Shown: positions 20,395 to 30,451 of the stretch, piece after piece
How positions within the stretch are numbered: the stretch's first letter is position 1
How the letters are laid out: every line of letters starts with the position of its first letter
Source: an uncultured delta proteobacterium
GTDB lineage: Bacteria; Desulfobacterota; Binatia; UBA9968
DNA: 64,000 bases
Reading direction: 5' to 3'
NCBI GenBank assembly: GCA_963728565.1
Contig: CAVSLC010000002.1
Span: 128,001-192,000 of the forward strand
Position numbers and translations under genes: made by a program
Notes under the pieces: generated by a model
The model's input: only the letters and a program-made list of their open reading frames with translations
Database searches by the model: none
Told to the model about the DNA's origin: nothing

Positions 20395-20585
20395 AAAGAT
20401 AACCTTAACTCTAACGACACGGTTCCTAAAGATAACGAGTATTAATTGTCGCAATCGCCTCTCGTATGTTTCAACACTCCCGCCGATGGCTTCAGGAACA
20501 CGGCAAATACGGCGAATAGCCGATTGACACACCGGCGGTTTTCTTAGTAGCGTCGGCGGCGCTATTTCTCGCCTTGGAGGAACGT

Positions 20586-21494
20586 ATGAAGCTGAAGCTT
20601 GCGATCGTCGTCGCTTCCCTCTATCTCGTGACTGCTGGCGTCGCTTACGCGCAGGACTTGCCAGCCAATATTAAAAAGATCAAAGAAGGCATCTACGTGT
20701 ACGTCGGCAATAACTTCAATTCCAATTGCGGCATCGTGATCACCCAGGACGGCGTGGTGCTGATCGACAGCGGTCATAGTCCGACGGATTCCCGCGTGAT
20801 CCTGGAAGCGGTGAAAAAAATCACTCCGCTGCCGATCCTCTTCCTTATCGACACCGAGCCTCATCCGGACCACACCACGGGTCATTTTGTATTCTCCCCG
20901 CCGACGACCATCATTGCTCACCAGGGCGCCACGGAATCGATGATCGGTCGCGAAAAGGAAACGCCGGGACGGATCGAAAAACTGGCCGGAACGTCGCCCG
21001 CGATGCGCAAAGCGCTGGAGGGATATCGATTCGTGCCGCCGCACGTCGAGTATCGCGAGAAGATGACGTTGAGGGTGGGCGAGCGCAGCTTCGAGTTGAT
21101 GTACCTGAAGGGCGTGCACAGCGAAGCCGACACCGCGGTGTGGCTGCCAGCAGAGCGCGTGCTGTTTTCGGCGTCCGGCATAGTGGTCGACCAGTTCAAT
21201 ATTCTCCGTCCGTTCGTGACGATTCCCGACATCTTGGCCGCGTCGAAGATGATGAAAGCTTTGAAACCAGAATTCGTGGTCCCCGGACACGCGCCAGCCC
21301 GGCACAACGAAAATCTTCGACGACACGGAAAAGTACTACGGCTTGCTGGTGGAGCGGGTCGGCAAGATGGCGAAGGAAGGTAAATCTCTCGACGAAATCA
21401 AGAAAGAAGTAAAGATGCCGGAGTACGACCATTGGGCGACTAAGGAGCGTTCCCGCAAGTGGAAGCGGCATATAAAGTCGTGACGGGCAAGTGA
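20586..21494 (+). CDS. Secreted MBL-fold metallohydrolase (3' end frameshifted)
   Basis: GGAGG RBS, signal peptide ending AYA-Q, VLIDSG, DTEPHPDHTTG, HSEAD, VVPGH. Confidence 0.8.
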
Positions 21495-21538
21495 TCCGAG
21501 ATAGAGGCTCGAAGCCCTAAAGGGAGTCAGGAGACGCA

Positions 21539-22446
21539 ATGAAATTCGGATTTACCCGTGCGGTGCTCTTGACGGTGGTCGCCGCGTTAGTCACGACGAC
21601 GGCGTCCGCCCAGGATTTGGGGCCGCATTTCAAAAACTCAAGGAAGGCATCTTTGTCTATTCGCAAAAGCCGGCAGACTCTAACGCGACGATCATTTTAA
21701 CTTCCGAAGGCGTGGTTTTGATCGACAGCGGGCACCGTCCGCCGGATTCTGTGGCTCTGGCTGCGGCGGTGAAAAAACTCACATCCCAACCGGTGCGCTA
21801 TTTGATTAACACCGAGCCGCACACCGATCACACCACGGGTCACTGGATGTTTTCTCCGCCGGCAGTGATCATCGCTCATGCCGGCGCCACGGAGTCGATG
21901 AAGCAAGGGCTCGATCCGGAGCGCGTTAGGAAAACCGTCGCTGAATTTTCGGCGCTGCAGGAAATCAAAAACTTTCGTCCAATCTGGCCGCATGTCGAGT
22001 TTCACGACCGGATGACACTTCACGTCGGCGACCGGTCTTTCGAGTTGCGGTTTCTCAAGAGCGTTCACAGCGAAGCGGACACCGCGATTTGGATGCCGAA
22101 CGAGCGAATCGTCTTTGCCGCGGCGTCCGTCGGCGTGAAGCGCTTCAGCAATCTCAGGCCATTCGTAAAAATCACCGATACGCTTGAGGGGATCAAGATG
22201 ATGCGCGGGCTCAATCCCGAGATCGTCGTACCTGGGCACGGTCCGCCGGGGACTGTCAAGATCCTCGACGACATGGAGAACTATTACACTCTATTGCTTA
22301 AGCAGGTTGGAGCGATGGTCAAGCAGGGCAAATCTCTCGAAGAAATCAAAAAAGACTTGCGCATGCCGGAGACCGACGACTGGGAGGGCAAGGATCGCTT
22401 TCCGAATAATATTGAAGGGGCTTACCGCGCAGTGAGCGGGAGATAA
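21539..22446 (+). CDS. Secreted MBL-fold metallohydrolase, tandem paralogue (frameshift near 21636)
   Basis: AGGAG RBS, signal peptide ending ASA-Q, VLIDSG, NTEPHTDHTTG, HSEAD, VVPGHG. Confidence 0.82.
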
Positions 22447-22522
22447 CAACATCTGTTAGCCCTTGTATCCGACGCCACCAAGCAGGCGAATGGCGGAGAT
22501 CGTACGGAATGCCACGCCTCGA

Positions 22523-23053
22523 TCAAGCTCTACCGGCTCGCGCCATGCCCGTCCTTACGAGCGCCATCGCCCGCTCCCGTCCGGAGCGCCCCTTGGGCTC
22601 GAACGTCTTGCCCTTTGCCATATTGTAGGAGATGAAGAAGTGCTCGATCTGGCTGACCAGGTCGTCACTTACATCACTGATGTCGCCCAGCGATCGATGG
22701 GTGATCGATTTCGCTGCAACTGCGATCAGCCGGTCGTTGCGAAAGGTTTTGCCGTTCTCCGTCTGCTCCGCCTCGATGACGCCGATCAGCCGTGACGGAA
22801 CGATACAGCCGGTAAACGCGGCGGCATCCATGAGAACCAGCACGTCGAGGGGATCGGCGTCCTCCCCGATCGTTGACGGCACGAAGCCGAAGTCGAAAGG
22901 GTAAACGGCCCCAGCGGGCAGTATCCCGTCAAGCACGAAGGCTCCGAAACGCGGCTCGTAGGTGTACTTGTTCTGAGAACCTTTGGGCGTTTCGATGATG
23001 ACGGTCAGCTCGCCACCGTGGAACGCATCCAACCTGTCCAGCGATACTATCAC
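22523..23053 (-). CDS. ppa: Family I inorganic pyrophosphatase
   Basis: IETPKGSQNKY, YPFDFGFVP, EDADPLDVLV, RNDRLIAV, HFFISY motifs. Confidence 0.9.
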   Translation of the reverse strand: MIVSLDRLDAFHGGELTVIIETPKGSQNKYTYEPRFGAFVLDGILPAGAVYPFDFGFVPSTIGEDADPLDVLVLMDAAAFTGCIVPSRLIGVIEAEQTENGKTFRNDRLIAVAAKSITHRSLGDISDVSDDLVSQIEHFFISYNMAKGKTFEPKGRSGRERAMALVRTGMARAGRA

Positions 23054-23397
23054 TTAGGTTACTTCCCATGGCTCAATCTCGAAGCCCGATCTTCGAGCGG
23101 CTCGCTGCCGATCTCGAGGCGCAAGTTCCGCGCGTCGATTTCTCACGCAGTTTCTTTGCCGTGTCATGCCGGGAAGCTTACCGTCGGGCAATGTCGATTG
23201 CTTACTGCGTTTGCCAACATTCACAAACGTTCCTGAGATCTCAACCGCTTCCCGGTCCGTCTATACCGGCGCTGGATGGAAAGAAATTCAGCGCTTAGCC
23301 CCAGCGTAATGCGTTCGCGACCATTGCGGCCGGTATAATGGCGATCAAGGCGAACTTGCATCACGCAAGTCTTGGGAATGTGCATGAAAAACTTAGT

Positions 23398-23523
23398 TCA
23401 ATGGCCTGTTTTGCACGTTGAGCAGAGTAATGTTTGGGCGTCGAAATCGGTATTCGGACAGGGTTTGCCTTGATGATCGCGATGCGTGCAGATGCAGTGA
23501 GTGGCGGTTACTGGGCTTGCCAT
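23398..23523 (-). CDS. 41-aa Cys/His-rich small protein
   Basis: GAGGAG RBS 5 nt before ATG; MASPVTATHCICTHRDHQGKPCPNTDFDAQTLLCSTCKTGH. Confidence 0.5.
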   Translation of the reverse strand: MASPVTATHCICTHRDHQGKPCPNTDFDAQTLLCSTCKTGH

Positions 23524-23631
23524 GACATCTCCTCGGTGCTTTGCGTGTGAAAAACCTGTACGGCGGGAAAGAAGAATTGTTGGTCGCCCTGTTTGATGCA
23601 GAGGGGCGACCATTCAATCCAGTGAAGCGAA

Positions 23632-24768
23632 TTAACGTCGGTTATCTTCTTCTCTCAATCTTTCCTCATTCCCCGTTCTTTCTACTTCAACGTCTTTACG
23701 ACGTACCGTGTCGCGCACCGTTTCGGTGTGTTCCTCTGTCGTTTTGCCAATAACGATTTCCTCGACGACGCGTTCTTGCTTGCCGATAACCGGCTCCTCT
23801 TTCGTTTCAGTAATCTCGATTACAACGTCATCTTTTTTATCGCCGGCGCCGACAGGCCGATCTACCGCACGTCGATCAACCGTTACCCGTTCACTCTGTA
23901 GTTGCACTGATTGTTCGACCGGCTTCTCAGTGACACGGCCGTATATACGTACCCGTCCGCTTTGCACAGCCCGCTTTCCGACAACCAACTGTTCTTCAGT
24001 CACTGGAATTACTCGATCCTCGGGGCTGAAGCTCTCTTGACCGGCTCTTACTCCTGATTCGTCTACTCGCGCCGTTCGGTAGTTAATGTCGCGCTCACCA
24101 GCACCAACTTCAGGCATCTCGTGACGGAGAGTCTGATGCTCGCTAATCTCATCAAGACGGGACTCGGGCTTGCCGCCGAAGGCGCTTGGACGATCAGCGC
24201 TGTCAGTATCAGTCTCGCGCCCAGCAATTCTGTCAGCGCCGCAAGATTCCAAGATATCCGCCGCACGCTCCGCGGAATCGTCGTCGCTTGCTCTGACTAT
24301 CACAAGTGTCTGTCCACGTCCGACCTGATCTTGATAGTGCTTAGCTTCCTCTTCAGGGACGCCCATATCGGTCAAGGCGCCGATCAAACCGCCGGTGGCG
24401 GCACCGACTCCCGCGCCACCCAAGGCGGCGGTCAGCGCAGCTGCAATCGGTCCGGCTGCCACGATCGGTCCGATAACGGGAATAGCAAGCCCAGCAATTC
24501 CGGCCATTAATCCACCAATTCCACCCAGAGCGGCACCGATACCCGCGCCCTTGAGAGCTCCGCTCGTATCATCCTTCGGTATGGAGAGATCCGACCCACT
24601 GATTCCCGGATGAGTTTTACCTTCGTTTGACTCTCTATCATTACCATCTTGAGAAACATCTTGGGAAACGAGGCTGATATCTTCGCGGTCGAAACCGGAA
24701 TTTACCAGCTGCTGCACTGTGGAGTGTGCTTCGGATCGGCTATCGAACAAACCAACAACATTCGGCAT
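23632..24768 (-). CDS. General stress protein with glycine zipper and C-terminal YsnF/AvaK (DUF2382) domain
   Basis: VVGLFD..EA, GAGIGAALGG..., GVPEEEA..Y, IPVTEEQLVVGKR...VRDTVRRKDVEVE; AAGGAG RBS. Confidence 0.88.
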   Translation of the reverse strand: MPNVVGLFDSRSEAHSTVQQLVNSGFDREDISLVSQDVSQDGNDRESNEGKTHPGISGSDLSIPKDDTSGALKGAGIGAALGGIGGLMAGIAGLAIPVIGPIVAAGPIAAALTAALGGAGVGAATGGLIGALTDMGVPEEEAKHYQDQVGRGQTLVIVRASDDDSAERAADILESCGADRIAGRETDTDSADRPSAFGGKPESRLDEISEHQTLRHEMPEVGAGERDINYRTARVDESGVRAGQESFSPEDRVIPVTEEQLVVGKRAVQSGRVRIYGRVTEKPVEQSVQLQSERVTVDRRAVDRPVGAGDKKDDVVIEITETKEEPVIGKQERVVEEIVIGKTTEEHTETVRDTVRRKDVEVERTGNEERLREEDNRR

Positions 24769-24944
24769 TCTGATTCTCCTTCTTATGGTTCTTAGGTTGA
24801 TGAAACAATTTTACTCCTCACCTTCTTACATCCGCTGCGTGTTAAAGGACAAAATTGCCGGCGATTTCTCTCCGGCTTAGACGATGCGCGGCCAGTTTGG
24901 GGGATTGATTGTCGAGAAGAGGACTAACCTAGGTCTATTCTAGC

Positions 24945-24959
24945 GCAAGCCGCGTGCCA
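24945..24959 (-). promoter_or_regulatory. Sigma-54 promoter upstream of the YsnF-like gene
   Basis: TGGCAC-GCGGC-TTGC, perfect -24/-12 consensus. Confidence 0.8.
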
Positions 24960-25326
24960 CGGAGCGTAGCCAGCATTTGCGTTTAAAACATTACTCTTCG
25001 ATAAGCGAGTGCCTCTAAAAACGTATCAGGGTTAAGAATCGTTACGAAACAATAGAGTGATATTCAGGACAATCGGAGTGAAGCGCCAATTCCACCGAGA
25101 ATCAAAAACTCAGCCGTCAATGCGCTTGGTGGCGAAGGCGGTCAACGTAAGATGCTAAGCTAAAGCGAGAGAGGTCAGCTGCACCTTCGCGTCCAGTTAG
25201 GTTTGGGCCAGATTTCGGGTCAAGAATTTTTCCTCCTTAGTGAGACCGCGGGTTTGATCTGACACACAACACATCAAATCGTTGCGTTACCGGCACGACG
25301 CAGCAACTATCACGGCCAGATAATTC

Positions 25327-25341
25327 TGGCACATCAATTGC
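25327..25341 (+). promoter_or_regulatory. Sigma-54 promoter upstream of the desaturase
   Basis: TGGCAC-ATCAA-TTGC, perfect -24/-12 consensus. Confidence 0.8.
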
Positions 25342-25428
25342 GCATACCGTGTGATCCTTCAATTAGCTCATTAATTAGGTGAACGACTAACGGCAGTGTT
25401 GCTGGTTCGTGCGTTTTAAGAAAGGTGT

Positions 25429-26364
25429 ATGCATAATTTAATCAGCTATTTTTCTCAGTGGATCGATTCTGAACAGAATGCCTCTGCTCCCGCGATTCAC
25501 GCCTCTGATGTAGATAGGATAAATTGGTTCCGCTGCTTACCGTTTCTGCTGCTTCATCTGGCGTGTATCGCCGTGTGGTGGGTGGGATGGAGTGGTTTCG
25601 CCTTATGCACCGCGGTGGGCCTTTATGTAGTACGCATGTTTGCCATTACCGGTATATACCATCGTTACTTTTCGCACCGCACATACCGGACGTCGCGATG
25701 GATGCAGTTCGTATTTGCGTTATTGGGTGCATCATCAGCGCAACGTGGGCCGCTGTGGTGGGCCGCGCATCATCGGAGTCATCATAAATTTTCCGATATG
25801 CAACCCGATCCACACTCGCCGATTCGACATGGTTTCTGGCGATCACACATCGGATGGTTCATGACCAATCGGCATTTCTTAACGGACTATCGCCGCGTAC
25901 AGGACTTTGCCCGCTTCCCCGAGTTGCGATGGTTGAATCGTTTTGACGTGATCGTTCCAATCATTCTTGCAGTGACGCTTTACTGCGTTGGTTGTTTGCT
26001 TCATTACGCCGCTCCATCTTTGGGAGTTACAGGGTGGCAGCTAGTCGTCTGGGGCTTTGTGGTTAGTACGATAATGTTGTTTCATGCCACGGCGAGCATC
26101 AATTCGCTGGCGCATCTGATCGGCCGCCGCCGCTATGACACAGGTGATGATAGCCGCAATAATTTCATGCTCGCTTTGATTACCCTAGGCGAAGGTTGGC
26201 ACAACAACCATCACAAGTTTAGGAGTTGTACCCGACAAGGATTTTATTGGTGGGAAATCGATTTGACGTACTATGCTCTTAAGTTTTTCGCCGCCTTCGG
26301 ACTCATCTGGGACCTCAGACCTGTTCCCGGCAAAGCGTATGACCACAACCAGCAGCTGTCGTGA
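25429..26364 (+). CDS. Acyl-CoA (delta-9-type) fatty acid desaturase
   Basis: His boxes HRYFSH, HRSHH, GEGWHNNHH. Confidence 0.92.
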   Translation: MHNLISYFSQWIDSEQNASAPAIHASDVDRINWFRCLPFLLLHLACIAVWWVGWSGFALCTAVGLYVVRMFAITGIYHRYFSHRTYRTSRWMQFVFALLGASSAQRGPLWWAAHHRSHHKFSDMQPDPHSPIRHGFWRSHIGWFMTNRHFLTDYRRVQDFARFPELRWLNRFDVIVPIILAVTLYCVGCLLHYAAPSLGVTGWQLVVWGFVVSTIMLFHATASINSLAHLIGRRRYDTGDDSRNNFMLALITLGEGWHNNHHKFRSCTRQGFYWWEIDLTYYALKFFAAFGLIWDLRPVPGKAYDHNQQLS

Positions 26365-26491
26365 GAAATACCAAGGATAAAAACGGTTGCCAGGCCCGGG
26401 TTAGTGACTTGGAATCACGTCGAGTTGAACCAAAACTCCAATAAACCGTCTGCTCGAATGACGTCGTAATTCCCGACCATTGCCTAGCATG

Positions 26492-26506
26492 TGGAACAGC
26501 TCCTGC
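26492..26506 (+). promoter_or_regulatory. Possible sigma-54 promoter upstream of the histidine kinase
   Basis: TGGAAC-AGCTC-CTGC (GG-N10-GC). Confidence 0.5.
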
Positions 26507-26621
26507 CGCATACACTACTGGACGGCAAGTCGTAGCGATGGATTCACTCGCATGTTATAGCTGAAGACATTAGGGATCAGCTCCCAATCCATTCATACAT
26601 AATCAGCTGCAAGGAGACATT

Positions 26622-27767
26622 GTGCGTCTATCAGAATTTATTCTGTCGAATATGAACGAGATTCTCGCTGAATGGGAATCATTTGCGAAAGCGATCGTTC
26701 CCGCGGCGGACTTAGATAAACTCGCGTTGCGTGATCATGCGCCGGAAATTCTAAAGGCTATCGCATTGGACATGGAAACAACGCAAACGGACTTGGAGCA
26801 GGCCGAAAAGTCGAAGGGTCTCGCACCTACCAGAGACCCGGAAACTGCCGCAGAAATTCATAGTACCCAGCGTCTTCGGACCGGTTTCAACCAAGTACAA
26901 GTCGTTTCCGAATACCGCGCCCTTCGCGCATCTGTCATTCGACTCTGGCTCGCCAGCTCACCGCAGCCCGACGCATCCGATCTTTATCAACTAACCCGGT
27001 TCAATGAAGGACTTGATCAAGCTCTTGGTGAGTCGACCATGCGCTTTATGCAGGAAGTCGAGACAGCCCGAGATTTTGCCCTCGCCGTTCTAGCCCATGA
27101 CTTACGCAACCCCCTAAACGCGGTGATAACCTCGGCAGAATGCCTCAAGATAGCGAAAGCGCGTGATGACGAGACGATCACAGCTCTCAGTTCTATTATC
27201 TTTGACAGCGGTATGCAGATGAGCAAATTGATAGACACATTGCTCGACTTCACTGGCACACGACTGGGCCGCTCGCTTTCAGTAAAACGGGAGCCTATGT
27301 GCCTTCGCCCGATTCTTGAATCGACTGTGGCATCGTTTTCGGCAGCACACCCGAACCGGACTATCGAACTGAATTGCAATGAAGAAGCTCAATGTGCTGT
27401 TGACGAGGTTCGTATTCGACAGATGCTATCGAACCTGGTCGCCAATGCGATCCAGCATGGGGCCGAAACAAGCCCGATAGTCATCACCAGTTGGATAGCA
27501 TCCGGTGAAATCGTGATTCAAGTACATAATGATGGTCCACCCATAGCGGCGTCAAAAATTCCGACAACATTTGATTTTTCCGCCCAGAGACGAACCAACA
27601 ATGGAGACGTGACGACTGGACTCGGCCATTTAGGAATTGGCCTTTATATCACGGGAAAGATCGTTGAAGCCCACGCCGGGAAGATAAGCGTCACTTCGAC
27701 TGCGCAGGAGGGGACCACGTTCGAGGTGCGACTGCCTTGTGCGGCGACCGAGCATCACGCGGCGTAG
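26622..27767 (+). CDS. Cytoplasmic sensor histidine kinase (RsbRD-N-like input)
   Basis: H-box LAHDLRNPL, N-box NLVANAIQH, GIGLYI, GTTF; AAGGAG RBS. Confidence 0.9.
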   Translation: MRLSEFILSNMNEILAEWESFAKAIVPAADLDKLALRDHAPEILKAIALDMETTQTDLEQAEKSKGLAPTRDPETAAEIHSTQRLRTGFNQVQVVSEYRALRASVIRLWLASSPQPDASDLYQLTRFNEGLDQALGESTMRFMQEVETARDFALAVLAHDLRNPLNAVITSAECLKIAKARDDETITALSSIIFDSGMQMSKLIDTLLDFTGTRLGRSLSVKREPMCLRPILESTVASFSAAHPNRTIELNCNEEAQCAVDEVRIRQMLSNLVANAIQHGAETSPIVITSWIASGEIVIQVHNDGPPIAASKIPTTFDFSAQRRTNNGDVTTGLGHLGIGLYITGKIVEAHAGKISVTSTAQEGTTFEVRLPCAATEHHAA

Positions 27768-27881
27768 CCTCCTGCCAATACGTGACGGTTTGTTATCTCA
27801 CCCGTGACGCATAACCGAAGAAGAATATCCCAGTTATGCAACGCAATTCTGACATGAAGAAGCATTGCGATGTCCTTTGTA

Positions 27882-27896
27882 CGGTCCGAATATTGC
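27882..27896 (+). promoter_or_regulatory. Sigma-54-like promoter 13 nt before the response regulator GTG
   Basis: CGGTCC-GAATA-TTGC (GG-N10-GC). Confidence 0.55.
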
Positions 27897-27909
27897 GGAT
27901 GCGTATTCT

Positions 27910-28275
27910 GTGGTCACAAAGGTCCTGTTGGTCGAAGACGACGTATATAATCTCCAAGCACTAACTATTTACCTGAGACTAAAGGGATTAGAAGTAGAAC
28001 AGGCCCACGACGGCTTCGAGGCGCTCAAACAGCTCGATAACAGCCGTTTCCATGTTGTTGTATCCGACATCAGAATGCCAGGGTTGGATGGTGTGGAGTT
28101 GGTGAAGCGCATACGCCACAAGTTAAAAGGCCTTCCGATAGTGCTTATAAGCGGTGATCCGACGGCACCGATGGAGGCCATACCGCCACCCGAAGTATTA
28201 CGAGTCCTGACAAAGCCTTTCATGCCGAGCGAGCTGCTGGAAATAATTCACCGAGCAGTCACAGATAAGGAATGA
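27910..28275 (+). CDS. Single-domain response regulator
   Basis: VLLVEDD, SDIRMPGLDG, LISG, KPF motifs; GTG 27910 taken as start. Confidence 0.88.
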   Translation: MVTKVLLVEDDVYNLQALTIYLRLKGLEVEQAHDGFEALKQLDNSRFHVVVSDIRMPGLDGVELVKRIRHKLKGLPIVLISGDPTAPMEAIPPPEVLRVLTKPFMPSELLEIIHRAVTDKE

Positions 28276-28708
28276 TAAGGCTACATCGGAGCCTCACTCT
28301 TTCCGCCTTGCAAGTCGTGCGGGTCTCCAAAGCGTGGCTCGACCCGGTGTTCAGCGCTCCCCTGCGTTCGCTATTTGCCTTAACCCTTTATCTTTCTATC
28401 CCTGAGATTTGATTCGTGCCGTTTACAACGAGAAGACACGCAAGGCGAATATCCGTACCCGGGAAGAGTGACAGGAGTCCGGTGCAGTCGGAAGGAGTGC
28501 CGTGAATGCCGTCCACGATCACTGGCGCATCCTGACATGACAAGAGGCGGCGTCAATTGGACAGGACTGTACGATGTTCAACAGACGCGACCCGCACCAA
28601 TGAGAGACAGTCCGGTTGATCCTAGAAAATACGGTTGCCTACTTGTAGCGTACAGAATTTTGTTGACAAGCAGTGACAAAAGTTTGGACACTTACGCGCG
28701 GAGGACAT

Positions 28709-30100
28709 ATGACCAAAGTAATGCAATCAGTCAGGGGAGTAGTGCAAGGGACTCTACACCGGCGGAAACCGCACCTCATGATCCCCGCGCGGGTAAAAGA
28801 TAGTGACGGCAGTTTGAATGATGCAATACAGGAGCTTGAGAAACTCTTAGTCGATCGAATCGGTAGTTTGAAAGCGGCAGTCAGCGACGACCAAGCTGTG
28901 GTGGCGCGTGAGGCGCAACATGCCGAGCAGACCATCGAAGGTCTCAAAGCAAACATCACCATGCTGGAAGCTAAGCTTCGAGAGAGCGAGGACACTGTCC
29001 GTAGAAAAGACGCCGCCAGCCAAAAAATGGAAGAAGATCTTAGCGGCGAAATCCGGGATTTACAAAGCGCGGTGAAGAAGAAAGAAGAAGTTCTCGAGAC
29101 TCGAGAATCCGAGATGAACGTTCTCAAGTCAAAAATAGATGTCATGGCCGTACAGGTAAGCCATCTGGAATCGGCGATCGAACACGAAAAAGCGGACGCG
29201 GCGAGCGAGGCTCAACGTGCCGAGCAGGTTAGCGACGGTCTGAAGACAAACATTGCAGTGCTGGAGGCTAGACTTAGAGAGAACGAAGAAACCATTCATC
29301 AAAAAAACGTTGCCAGCCGGAAGCTGGAAGAAAATCTTAGCGTCGAAATTCGCGATTTACAGAACGCAGTGAAGAAGAAAGAAGAAGCTCTCGAGAGTCG
29401 AGAATCCGAAATAACCGATTTGAAAGCCAAACTGGATGCCCTGATAGATCAGGTAACTCATTTGCAGTTGGCGAACGGGCACGCAAAAGAAGTGGCGTCG
29501 AGCAAGGCCCAACATGCCGAGCAGGTCATTGACGGTCTCAAGATGAAGATCGCGACGCTGCAAGCCCAACTTAGCCAGACAGAGCAGCTCGTTGGCGGAC
29601 TTGTTGAGAACAGTAGACTTCTTGCTTTGGAACCGCCCGTCAAAGAACTGGACCAAGAGCAAAATAGCCAGGGCTTCGATCTAAAGACCGAGTTAGAACC
29701 CCACAGAAACGGGTGGAACCACAGTGAAGCACAGGCTTTGATTGATACTCAGGCCCAAGCTCTTGGAACACCTGTCGAACGCGAGCAATCAAAAACAGGC
29801 GCAGAGAAATCCACTGCCATTCAATCTCAGGCTGGGAGAGTCATGCCCGTGGTACCGGAAGCCGCTCCGCAGACCGTGTCGCGATACGCATTCGACCGCA
29901 TGATCACTGAGTTCAGCGAGCTCAGCAACGTGATGGGAAGCATCGCATCTCTGATTATCCGCGATCAGGTGAGGGCCTTTGGGGAATCGATGGAGGAATT
30001 TCCACAGGCGCGGCTTACAGAGCTGGTCGAGTCTCTTAGCAAATCGATATCTGACGATGAGCTCAAAGCCGATTTTTGCCGGCGATTTGCCAAAGTGTAA
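28709..30100 (+). CDS. Coiled-coil protein with 99-aa tandem repeats
   Basis: GGAGG RBS; AQxAEQ..xGLK.. unit recurs with GCCGAGCAG at 28922, 29219 and 29516 (297-nt period). Confidence 0.8.
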   Translation: MTKVMQSVRGVVQGTLHRRKPHLMIPARVKDSDGSLNDAIQELEKLLVDRIGSLKAAVSDDQAVVAREAQHAEQTIEGLKANITMLEAKLRESEDTVRRKDAASQKMEEDLSGEIRDLQSAVKKKEEVLETRESEMNVLKSKIDVMAVQVSHLESAIEHEKADAASEAQRAEQVSDGLKTNIAVLEARLRENEETIHQKNVASRKLEENLSVEIRDLQNAVKKKEEALESRESEITDLKAKLDALIDQVTHLQLANGHAKEVASSKAQHAEQVIDGLKMKIATLQAQLSQTEQLVGGLVENSRLLALEPPVKELDQEQNSQGFDLKTELEPHRNGWNHSEAQALIDTQAQALGTPVEREQSKTGAEKSTAIQSQAGRVMPVVPEAAPQTVSRYAFDRMITEFSELSNVMGSIASLIIRDQVRAFGESMEEFPQARLTELVESLSKSISDDELKADFCRRFAKV

Positions 30101-30451
30101 CCCCGAAACAACAACTCTGTCTCGTCGAAAGTGATTGGTTTGTGGCGGCTGCCGAAGAAAAGAAAACACCGTCCTTTCCCTCAGCACTCCAAAGGAGACA
30201 TAGACCTGTATACGGCGGCATCGCGTCGGCCGCCTCCCGAAGCTGAGCTTTTCCAACTTCTCCAAATCGGTAGTCGTTATTCCATACGCCATCCCGTTTC
30301 GGTCGCCGCTTTATCAATCGAGAGGACGGTAAGGTAAGAGGAGTTAATCTGATCCAAATTTCGACTCCACGATTGATCAATTAGAGTCGGGGCGAAAACA
30401 TGGCTTGCAAGGAGCGCTCAATTGATCGAGTTCGTGTGTCCGCTGTCGATG

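Noticed and set aside
30063-30380. 105-aa minus-strand ORF
   Set aside because: Overlaps the coiled-coil gene end, with no motif or RBS
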